A stretch of DNA of 20,134 nucleotides from Vibrio cholerae ATCC 14035 (GTDB lineage: Bacteria > Pseudomonadota > Gammaproteobacteria > Enterobacterales > Vibrionaceae). The stretch is taken from NCBI RefSeq assembly GCF_000621645.1, contig NZ_KK211325.1, positions 26,254 to 46,387 on the forward strand. The letters are read 5' to 3'. Below the pieces are notes generated by a model. The model did not search any database. It saw only the letters and a program-made list of their open reading frames with translations, and was not told the origin of the DNA. Of this stretch, positions 9,341 to 17,101 are shown one piece after another (the first letter of the stretch is position 1; each line of letters begins with the position of its first letter). The position numbers and the translations under genes were made by a program.

Positions 9341-10528
9341 ATGGCGTGGAATGAGCCTGGTAATAATAACGGCAACAATGGCCGCGATAATGACCCATGG
9401 GGGAACAACAATCGCGGTAACAAAGGTGGCCGAGATCAAGGACCGCCAGATTTAGACGAAGTGTTTAATAAACTGAGTCAAAAGCTGGGGGGCAAGTTTG
9501 GTGGCAAAGGTGGTAAAGGCCCTTCGTTTTCCGGTGGCGGTGCGATTGGCTTTGGTGTCATTGCAGCTATCGCTGTTGCGGTTTGGTTCTTTACTGGTTT
9601 TTATACCATCGGTGAAGCTGAGCGCGGCGTTGTGCTACGCCTTGGCAAATACGACCGCATTGTTGATCCGGGTCTGAACTGGCGTCCACGCTTTATTGAT
9701 GAAGTGACACCAGTCAACGTGCAAGCGATTCGCTCTCTGCGCGCCTCTGGCTTGATGCTGACCAAAGATGAAAACGTGGTAACGGTATCGATGGATGTGC
9801 AATATCGTATTGCCGATCCATACAAATACTTGTATCGCGTGACCAACGCGGATGACAGCTTGCGTCAAGCAACGGACTCTGCGCTTCGTGCCGTAGTCGG
9901 TGACTCACTGATGGATAGCATCCTAACCAGTGGTCGTCAGCAAATTCGCCAAAGCACGCAGCAGACACTCAACCAAGTCATCGATAGCTATGATATGGGC
10001 TTGATGATTGTTGATGTGAACTTCCAGTCGGCTCGTCCACCTGAGCAAGTAAAAGATGCCTTTGACGATGCGATTGCAGCCCGTGAGGATGAAGAGCGTT
10101 TCATTCGCGAAGCGGAAGCTTACAAGAACGAAATTTTGCCTAAAGCCACAGGCCGTGCTGAGCGTCTGAAGAAAGAAGCGCAAGGTTACAACGAGCGCAC
10201 CATCAATGAAGCGCTCGGTCAGGTTGCTCAGTTTGAAAAGCTGTTGCCTGAGTATCAAGCTGCACCGAAAGTAACCCGTGACCGTCTCTATTTGGATGCG
10301 ATGGAGCAGGTGTATAGCAATACTTCAAAAGTACTGATTGATTCTGAATCGAGCGGTAATCTGCTTTATCTGCCGATTGATAAGTTAGCGGGTCAAGACA
10401 ATAAAACGGCGCAGCCGCGTCCAAATAAGTCTTCATCAGCCTACGATCAAATTGAGCTTGAATCACAAACGACAGAAACGAATACCGACACTCAGTCGCG
10501 TAGCACCACACGTCAAGGGAGATACTAA
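9341..10528 (+). CDS. hflK: FtsH modulator HflK (SPFH/band-7)
   Basis: 395 aa. It has a G/N-rich N-terminus, one TM segment, an SPFH domain, and sits at the hflX-hflK-hflC position. Confidence 0.95.
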   Translation: MAWNEPGNNNGNNGRDNDPWGNNNRGNKGGRDQGPPDLDEVFNKLSQKLGGKFGGKGGKGPSFSGGGAIGFGVIAAIAVAVWFFTGFYTIGEAERGVVLRLGKYDRIVDPGLNWRPRFIDEVTPVNVQAIRSLRASGLMLTKDENVVTVSMDVQYRIADPYKYLYRVTNADDSLRQATDSALRAVVGDSLMDSILTSGRQQIRQSTQQTLNQVIDSYDMGLMIVDVNFQSARPPEQVKDAFDDAIAAREDEERFIREAEAYKNEILPKATGRAERLKKEAQGYNERTINEALGQVAQFEKLLPEYQAAPKVTRDRLYLDAMEQVYSNTSKVLIDSESSGNLLYLPIDKLAGQDNKTAQPRPNKSSSAYDQIELESQTTETNTDTQSRSTTRQGRY

Positions 10529-10530
10529 GA

Positions 10531-11511
10531 ATGCGTAAGTTATTAATCCCTAGTATCGTTCTGATCATCGCTGCTTTATTGATGTCGATGTTCGTGATCC
10601 CAGAGGGCGAGCGCGGAATCGTGATCCGTTTTGGTCGAGTGTTGAAAGACAATAACGATCTGGCGAGAATTTATGAACCGGGTCTGCATTTTAAAATGCC
10701 ACTGTTTGATCGTGTAAAAACCTTAGATGCACGTATTCAAACCATGGATGGCCGTTCAGACCGTTTCGTGACGTCCGAGAAAAAAGACGTGATCATCGAT
10801 ACTTACGTTAAGTGGCGTATCGAAGATTTCGGCCAATACTACTTGGCAACCGGTGGTGGTAATGCGTTGACCGCAGAAGCCCTATTGGAGCGTAAAGTGA
10901 CTGACGTCTTGCGTTCTGAAATCGGTGCGCGTGAAATCAAGCAGATCGTTTCTGGCCCTCGCAATGTTGCCGTGTTACCTGAAAATGCAGATTCTTCTGA
11001 ATTGACGACGGAAGCGGCAAAAGAAGCGATGGAGATTGATGGTCAGCGTGATCAAATCATGTCTGAAGTACTGAACGATACTCGTGAAAGTGCGATGAAA
11101 GACTTAGGGGTATATGTGGTCGACTTCCGTATGAAGAAGATCAATCTACCGGATGAGATCAGCGAATCTATCTATCGCCGTATGCGTGCGGAACGTGAAT
11201 CGGTAGCTCGTAAGCACCGTTCACAAGGTCGTGAAAAAGCGGAAGTGATCCGTGCGCAAGCCGAGCTTGAAGTAGCAACCATTCTTGCTGAAGCAGATAA
11301 GACGGCGCGTGTGACTCGTGGTACTGCAGATGCAGAAGCCGCGAAGATTTACTCGGATGCTTATAAGAAAGATCCTGAGTTCTTCAGCTTCCTGCGTTCA
11401 CTGCGCGCCTACGAGAAATCGTTTAACAGCAAAAATGATATTCTGGTATTGGATCCAAACAGTGAGTTCTTCCAATACATGAATAATGCGAAAGGCGCAG
11501 CCGCCAAGTAA
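10531..11511 (+). CDS. hflC: FtsH modulator HflC (SPFH/band-7)
   Basis: 326 aa with an N-terminal TM anchor and an SPFH domain. It starts 2 nt after the hflK stop. Confidence 0.95.
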   Translation: MRKLLIPSIVLIIAALLMSMFVIPEGERGIVIRFGRVLKDNNDLARIYEPGLHFKMPLFDRVKTLDARIQTMDGRSDRFVTSEKKDVIIDTYVKWRIEDFGQYYLATGGGNALTAEALLERKVTDVLRSEIGAREIKQIVSGPRNVAVLPENADSSELTTEAAKEAMEIDGQRDQIMSEVLNDTRESAMKDLGVYVVDFRMKKINLPDEISESIYRRMRAERESVARKHRSQGREKAEVIRAQAELEVATILAEADKTARVTRGTADAEAAKIYSDAYKKDPEFFSFLRSLRAYEKSFNSKNDILVLDPNSEFFQYMNNAKGAAAK

Positions 11512-11535
11512 GCATGAGTTAACGTTATTAATTCA

Positions 11536-11563
11536 AGGCTCCGTAAGGGGCCTTTGTTATTTG
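11536..11563 (+). terminator. Terminator/attenuator-like hairpin after hflC
   Basis: AGGCTCC-GTAA-GGGGCCT (7 bp, one G:U) followed by TTGTTATTTG. The yjeT ribosome-binding site follows immediately, so termination is probably partial. Confidence 0.45.
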
Positions 11564-11571
11564 GAGTCAAT

Positions 11572-11760
11572 ATGTCGCAGACACTTTGGGTGGCACTAGG
11601 TTTAGTGTTGATCGTTGAAGGGCTAGGACCCTTATTCGCGCCGAGAGGATGGCGTCAGATGGTGGCACAATTGAGCTTACAACCGGATAATCAGTTGCGG
11701 CGCATCGGCGGTTGTTTGGTGGTGGCTGGTGCGGTGATAGCCTACGTTTTCGCTCGTTAA
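11572..11760 (+). CDS. yjeT: Small membrane protein YjeT (DUF2065)
   Basis: 62 aa from the ATG at 11572, with GGAG 5 nt upstream. It has two hydrophobic segments and occupies the position after hflC, as in E. coli. Confidence 0.8.
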   Translation: MSQTLWVALGLVLIVEGLGPLFAPRGWRQMVAQLSLQPDNQLRRIGGCLVVAGAVIAYVFAR

Positions 11761-11780
11761 GATCGCGAATTACGTAGGCT
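11739..11780. repeat. Long inverted repeat spanning the yjeT stop codon at the convergent junction
   Basis: Perfect 9-bp arms AGCCTACGT (11739-11747) and ACGTAGGCT (11772-11780). An inner TTCGC/GCGAA pairing extends the structure. No flanking T-tract on either strand. Confidence 0.4.
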
Positions 11781-11800
11781 TCCAGTGGAAAATGATTCCA

Positions 11801-12028
11801 TCAGTAGTGTGGAGGCGGCGTTTCGTGCGCAGGATCCGCTAGAGTGGAAGTGTCCATATTTTTGACTTTACCGACCACGTATTTCATCTGATCTTGCATC
11901 TTACTGAGCAGCAGTTGCTGCTGGGTTAATGCATCATTAAGAGTTTCGATGGTTTGCTCTTGAAAAGCTAATTTGCACTCTAAATCTTCAATGCGCTCTT
12001 GAAGTTGGGTTAGCGACATCTCTTGCAT
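11801..12028 (-). CDS. slyX: SlyX family coiled-coil protein
   Basis: 75 aa from the ATG at 12028, with GGAG 7-8 nt upstream. It has a heptad-rich coiled coil and the characteristic C-terminus ETPPPHY shared with E. coli SlyX. Confidence 0.88.
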   Translation of the reverse strand: MQEMSLTQLQERIEDLECKLAFQEQTIETLNDALTQQQLLLSKMQDQMKYVVGKVKNMDTSTLADPAHETPPPHY

Positions 12029-12030
12029 TT

Positions 12031-13011
12031 TCAGTTCTCCATTAGCCAAGCTTGAGCGATACCCGCAGAGCTGCCCGCTACGGCGCGCTGTTGGGCGTCA
12101 AAAGCCGCATCATACACGACAGCTTGGGTAGGACCGTGATCTTTTTTGTTTTCAGATTCGAAGCTGGCGATTTTCTTACCATCTTGCGTATTCCATACTT
12201 CGACTAATCCAGAGGGAGTTCCCGTGATCAGCTTTTTTCCATCATCAGAAAAGCGAGCGGTGGAAAAAATTAGTTGGCGTCGAAAACTCTGTAACTGGAT
12301 AGGTTTGCTGTCTGCGGTGAGATCCCAAATGAGCGCTTGATTGCCACCATCTGAAGTAAACGCCAGTTTACCTTCTCGTTGTAAAGTGACCCGATTGACT
12401 CGCTGCTCATGTTCAAATTGGCGAACGATTTGCCCAGTCTTGGTATCCCATAAATAAGCGTGATAGTCATTGCCTCCGGTGAGCGCATAGCGTCCATTGG
12501 CAGAGAGCGCGACAGAATTGACTTTTTCACGGTGAGCAAGGAACTCCATGCGGCGGCCGCTGACTAAGTCAACGTAAATCGCTTTGCCATTGGTCAATCC
12601 GAGCAGTACCTGTTCGCCATCACTGGAGAGATCAACATCGCGGATCAGCCCATCGGTAATCGACCAAAGTCCTTTGCCTTGGGTCCAAGCGAGATCCCAA
12701 ACTGCAAAGTTATTCTGGCTTGCGGTGACTGCGAAACGTTCGCTATCCGCGATACGGATCACGGAAACAGGGTTAGCTTGTGGATCTTGCGCGCCAAGAT
12801 CGGCAAGTTTCTTATCTTGCAACAGATCCCATAGTACTAACTGCTGCTGCTTGGAATAGATAAGAGCAAATCGGCCGTCACGACTTAAGCCAAAGGCGGT
12901 TGAACCTTCAGGGGCTAAGTCCCATTGCTGCTCTGCTTGGTGGGTAAAAAAACAGCCACTTAACATTAAGATGACAAGCAAAGCGCAGAGTGAGTGATAA
13001 ATTCTTCGCAT
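12031..13011 (-). CDS. Exported WD40-like 7-blade beta-propeller lipoprotein, function unknown
   Basis: The signal peptide has the lipobox LMLSG-C. About seven repeats of roughly 42 aa end in W-D/N motifs (LVLWDL, FAVWDL, AYLWDT, ALIWDL, VEVWNT, AQAWL). Its stop codon is 2 nt upstream of the slyX start. Confidence 0.8.
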   Translation of the reverse strand: MRRIYHSLCALLVILMLSGCFFTHQAEQQWDLAPEGSTAFGLSRDGRFALIYSKQQQLVLWDLLQDKKLADLGAQDPQANPVSVIRIADSERFAVTASQNNFAVWDLAWTQGKGLWSITDGLIRDVDLSSDGEQVLLGLTNGKAIYVDLVSGRRMEFLAHREKVNSVALSANGRYALTGGNDYHAYLWDTKTGQIVRQFEHEQRVNRVTLQREGKLAFTSDGGNQALIWDLTADSKPIQLQSFRRQLIFSTARFSDDGKKLITGTPSGLVEVWNTQDGKKIASFESENKKDHGPTQAVVYDAAFDAQQRAVAGSSAGIAQAWLMEN

Positions 13012-13080
13012 CAAGTCGAATTATCCGTTTGTTGTGTAAAGACAATCATGAAACATATCGCTATATTGGTACAACTCTTT

Positions 13081-13117
13081 GTTGTGCACCAGTTGGTTGC
13101 TGGTTTTTGTGCACAAC
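13081..13117. promoter_or_regulatory. Perfect 9-bp inverted repeat upstream of fkpA (operator or 5'-UTR hairpin)
   Basis: GTTGTGCAC (13081-13089) and GTGCACAAC (13109-13117) with a 19-nt spacer, ending 34 nt upstream of the fkpA ATG. Confidence 0.3.
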
Positions 13118-13150
13118 GCCAAAAGGATTACCTCATAATTGGAGAACCCG

Positions 13151-13930
13151 ATGAAATCACTTTTTAAAGTGTCACTGCTGGCTGCGACGGTAATGCTCGC
13201 GGTTGGTTGTCAGAAAGAAGAAGCACCAAAAACCGAAACCACGCCTGCCGCACAAACCGCAGCAGCGAAAACGGTTGAGTTCAAGTCTGAAGATGATAAA
13301 GCGGCGTACGCAATTGGCGTATCGTTTGCAAACTATCTTAAAACCAGTATTGAGAAGCCAAGTGAAATTGGCATCGATCTGAACAAAGATCTGGTACTGA
13401 AAGGTATTGAACATGTGTTTGCTGGCAACCCAGAAATGAGCGAAGAAGAGACACGTGCTGCGCTTGAAGCGTTAGATAAGCGTGTGGCTGAAACCATGCA
13501 AGCCAAAGCCGCTGAAAAAGCAGCAGAGAACAAGAAGAAAGGTGATGAGTTCCGCGCCCAATTCGAGAAAGAGTCTGGTGTTGTAAAAACACAATCGGGT
13601 CTGCTGTATCAAGTGATGACACCAGCAGAAGGTGATAAGCCAAAAGATACCGATACTGTGCAAGTTCACTACAAAGGTACCTTGATTGACGGTTCGCAAT
13701 TCGACAGCTCTTATGAACGTGGCGAGCCTGCGACTTTCCCTCTAAACCGTGTGATCCCAGGCTGGACCGAGGGTGTACAACTGATGTCAGTCGGTTCTAA
13801 GTTTAAACTGGTTATTCCGCCTGAACTGGCTTACGGCGAGCAAGATACGCCAACCATTCCTGCCAACTCAACCTTAGTGTTTGAAGTGGAATTGTTGAAA
13901 ATTGAAAACGGCAAAGACGCTGCTCAGTAA
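13151..13930 (+). CDS. fkpA: FKBP-type peptidyl-prolyl cis-trans isomerase FkpA (probable lipoprotein form)
   Basis: ATG at 13151, 6 nt after GGAG. The N-terminus MKSLFKV matches E. coli FkpA. It has an N-terminal dimerisation domain and a C-terminal FKBP domain (VHYKGTLIDGSQFDSSY ... IPGWTEG ... STLVFEVELL). Confidence 0.9.
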   Translation: MKSLFKVSLLAATVMLAVGCQKEEAPKTETTPAAQTAAAKTVEFKSEDDKAAYAIGVSFANYLKTSIEKPSEIGIDLNKDLVLKGIEHVFAGNPEMSEEETRAALEALDKRVAETMQAKAAEKAAENKKKGDEFRAQFEKESGVVKTQSGLLYQVMTPAEGDKPKDTDTVQVHYKGTLIDGSQFDSSYERGEPATFPLNRVIPGWTEGVQLMSVGSKFKLVIPPELAYGEQDTPTIPANSTLVFEVELLKIENGKDAAQ

Positions 13931-13975
13931 TCAATAATCCCGGGCTCGATGTTGAAACGAGCAGAGGAATAGAAG

Positions 13976-14003
13976 AAGGCCTGACGTTGTGCAGGCCTTT
14001 TTG
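13976..14003 (+). terminator. Intrinsic terminator after fkpA
   Basis: Stem AAGGCCTG/CAGGCCTT (8 bp) with an 8-nt loop, followed by TTTGTAT. Confidence 0.75.
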
Positions 14004-14128
14004 TATGCGCGGATTCTAATAAGAACTTGTCCTAAATCACTTGTTGGTGATATTCAAGAATCGTGGTTTAAAATTTTCTGATAAACTTACAGCAATTTGT
14101 TGATTTTTCATTCTAAGGTTTAAGCACA

Positions 14129-14851
14129 GTGACAATGACAGAAACCATGAATGTCGATTTACTGCTTGAGATGGAATCGGTGCACGTAAAGCCGTTTACG
14201 GAGCACGATAAAGTGATTCTGCGCTCTTACGAGGCGGTAGTTGATGGTATCGCGAGCCTGATTGGCCCATTTTGTGAAATCGTTCTGCACTCGCTTGAAG
14301 ATCTCAATACATCGGCGATCAAGATTGCCAATGGTGAAAACACAGGCCGTCAAGTGGGATCGCCAATTACCGATATGGCCTTGAAAATGCTGCGTGATAT
14401 AGAAGGATCTGAGCGTAACTTCTCCCGCTCTTATTTCACGCGCGCCAAAGGTGGCGTATTGATGAAATCGATCACAGTTGCGATCCGTAACGGTGAGAAT
14501 CGAGTGATTGGTCTACTCTGTATCAACGTCAACCTCGATGCGCCTTTCTCACAAGTACTGAAATCGTTTATGCCAACTCAAGAAGCGCAAGAGGCGGCCT
14601 CTTCGGTTAACTTTGCCAGTGATGTGGAAGAGCTGGTGGATCAAACCGTTGAACGTACCATCGAAGAAATCAACGGTGATAAGTCAGTCTCGAACAATAC
14701 CAAAAATCGTCAAATCGTGATGGCGTTGTTCGATAAGGGGATTTTCGACATTAAAGATGCGATCAACCGAGTCGCCGATCGGCTGAATATCTCTAAACAT
14801 ACTGTGTATCTCTATATTCGTCAGCGTAAAACTGAGGATGATGAGAAGTGA
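14129..14851 (+). CDS. yheO: YheO-like transcriptional regulator (PAS-like sensor + C-terminal HTH)
   Basis: About 240 aa and collinear with E. coli YheO ([30 protein letters not shown] ... [17 protein letters not shown]). The C-terminal HTH is [11 protein letters not shown]. The start is ambiguous: GTG 14129, ATG 14135 or ATG 14147. Confidence 0.85.
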   Translation: MTMTETMNVDLLLEMESVHVKPFTEHDKVILRSYEAVVDGIASLIGPFCEIVLHSLEDLNTSAIKIANGENTGRQVGSPITDMALKMLRDIEGSERNFSRSYFTRAKGGVLMKSITVAIRNGENRVIGLLCINVNLDAPFSQVLKSFMPTQEAQEAASSVNFASDVEELVDQTVERTIEEINGDKSVSNNTKNRQIVMALFDKGIFDIKDAINRVADRLNISKHTVYLYIRQRKTEDDEK

Positions 14852-15243
14852 AACCACTCACTTACACCTTAGTCGTGAACGGGCCACAATACGGTACGCA
14901 ATCGGCTCGCAACGCCTATCTGTTTGCTAAAGCGCTGATTGAGAAAGGGCATATTTTAAAAAGCGTGTTTTTTTATCAAGACGGTGTGCTTAATGGCTCG
15001 TCAACGCATGTACCAGCCAATGATGAGTTTAACCTGCTACAAGGTTGGCAATCTCTTGCTCAATCCCATCAAGTACAACTTGAAACTTGTGTTGCAGCAG
15101 CGCTGCGCCGTGGTGTTGTGAGTGAGCAAGAAGCGTCGCAACACGGCTTAGCGAGCCATAACCTCGCGGCTCATTTCACTCAAGCGGGACTGGGCAGTTT
15201 GGCACAAGCATTACTGGAGCAAGATAGGGTGGTGCAGTTTTGA
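14848..15243 (+). CDS. tusD: Sulfurtransferase TusD (DsrE family, 2-thiouridine synthesis)
   Basis: The GTG start overlaps the yheO stop (GTGA). The protein is 131 aa and has the conserved motif [11 protein letters not shown] and C-terminus DRVVQF, as in E. coli TusD. Confidence 0.9.
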
Positions 15244-15596
15244 ATAAAGTCGCATGGGTATTTCATACGCCGCCTCATGGTAGCACGGCAGGGCGAGAAG
15301 GCTTAGATGCCATTCTTGCAACGTCGGCCTACAGTGAAGAACAAGCCCTATTTTTTGTTGGCGAAGGTGTGTTGCAGTTGGTCAATCATCAGCACCCCGA
15401 ATCGATTTTAAGTCGTGACTATATTTCAGCATTCAAGCTTTTGGATCTCTACGACATTGAAGCGCGTTATGTCTGCCAACAGAGTTTGGTTAGCTGGGGG
15501 CTGAGTGAACAAGATTTACTGATTGAGGTGGAAGTGGTTGATGCTCAAGCTCTGGCGCAGTTACTGCACCACTACGATCAGTTACTGACTTTCTAA
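15240..15596 (+). CDS. tusC: Sulfurtransferase subunit TusC (DsrF family)
   Basis: The TTG start overlaps the tusD stop (TTGA). The protein is 118 aa and the motif [19 protein letters not shown] matches TusC. Confidence 0.9.
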
Positions 15597-15605
15597 GGAG
15601 CCCCT

Positions 15606-15881
15606 ATGCTACATATTGTTAAGCACTTAGAAAAACTCCCTTTGCTTAGTGCTTATTTACTCGATGGTGATGTTGTTCTATTGACGGAGAATGCTGTCTA
15701 CGCGGCGGCAGTACATTCACCATATCAAGCGAGTATTAACGATCAGAACCTATGGTTGGTGCTTTATGAGGATCTGCATGCGCGTGGTTGGCTAGAAAAG
15801 TGCGATCCGCGTATTTCGGTTGTCACCATGAGTGACTTTGTTGATTTGACAGTAACTCATGATAAATCAATAACCTGGTAG
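15606..15881 (+). CDS. tusB: Sulfurtransferase subunit TusB (DsrH family)
   Basis: 91 aa with an MLH... N-terminus and a C-terminus DFVDLTVTHDKSITW resembling E. coli TusB. It follows tusC by 9 nt, with GGAG upstream. Confidence 0.88.
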   Translation: MLHIVKHLEKLPLLSAYLLDGDVVLLTENAVYAAAVHSPYQASINDQNLWLVLYEDLHARGWLEKCDPRISVVTMSDFVDLTVTHDKSITW

Positions 15882-15952
15882 GTTGTATTTTTCTAATTAT
15901 CCTGAGCAGAACAACGCTCACACAGGATCACTAAAAAAGATCTGTATATTTC

Positions 15953-15981
15953 TTGACACACATCCCACTGCTGCATAGAAT
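15953..15981 (+). promoter_or_regulatory. str operon promoter (sigma-70)
   Basis: Perfect -35 TTGACA (15953-15958), a 17-nt spacer, and -10 TAGAAT (15976-15981). An A/T-rich UP-like tract lies upstream. The element is about 85 nt upstream of rpsL. Confidence 0.7.
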
Positions 15982-16062
15982 TTTGCGTCCCTATTTGTGC
16001 AAACTGTTTGCATGGAAGGGATAGATTTTTCACAAGCTTACTTTAAGTAAATCAGGAGCTAG

Positions 16063-16440
<378 letters not shown>

Positions 16441-16528
16441 TGCCCTTCTTCTTATGAGAGAAGCGTTAAGTAAGGCCAAACACTAAAATTAAATTTTAAT
16501 TTTGAAAAAACTGAAAAGTTTTGGATAA

Positions 16529-17026
<498 letters not shown>

Positions 17027-17033
17027 TACCTTC

Positions 17034-17070
17034 TGTGCTGCGAGGTTCTCTCGCAGCACATTTCTATTTT
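17034..17070 (+). terminator. Terminator-like hairpin between rpsG and fusA (possible attenuator)
   Basis: Perfect 11-bp stem TGTGCTGCGAG/CTCGCAGCACA with loop GTTCT, followed by TTTCTATTTT. It begins 8 nt after the rpsG stop and ends 31 nt before the fusA GTG. Confidence 0.55.
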
Positions 17071-17101
17071 CTAAGGTTGACCTTAGTAAGAGGATACAAT
17101 C

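Noticed and set aside
9601-10652. Cluster of minus-strand ORFs (77-149 aa) antisense to hflK and hflC.
   Set aside because: They overlap each other in different frames opposite a well-supported SPFH-domain gene. They are shadow ORFs with no independent signals.
13172-13699. Four overlapping minus-strand ORFs (66-101 aa) antisense to fkpA, and plus-strand ORFs 12146..12340 and 12584..12859 antisense to the WD40 gene.
   Set aside because: They are shadow ORFs opposite confidently assigned genes, with no start-site signals.
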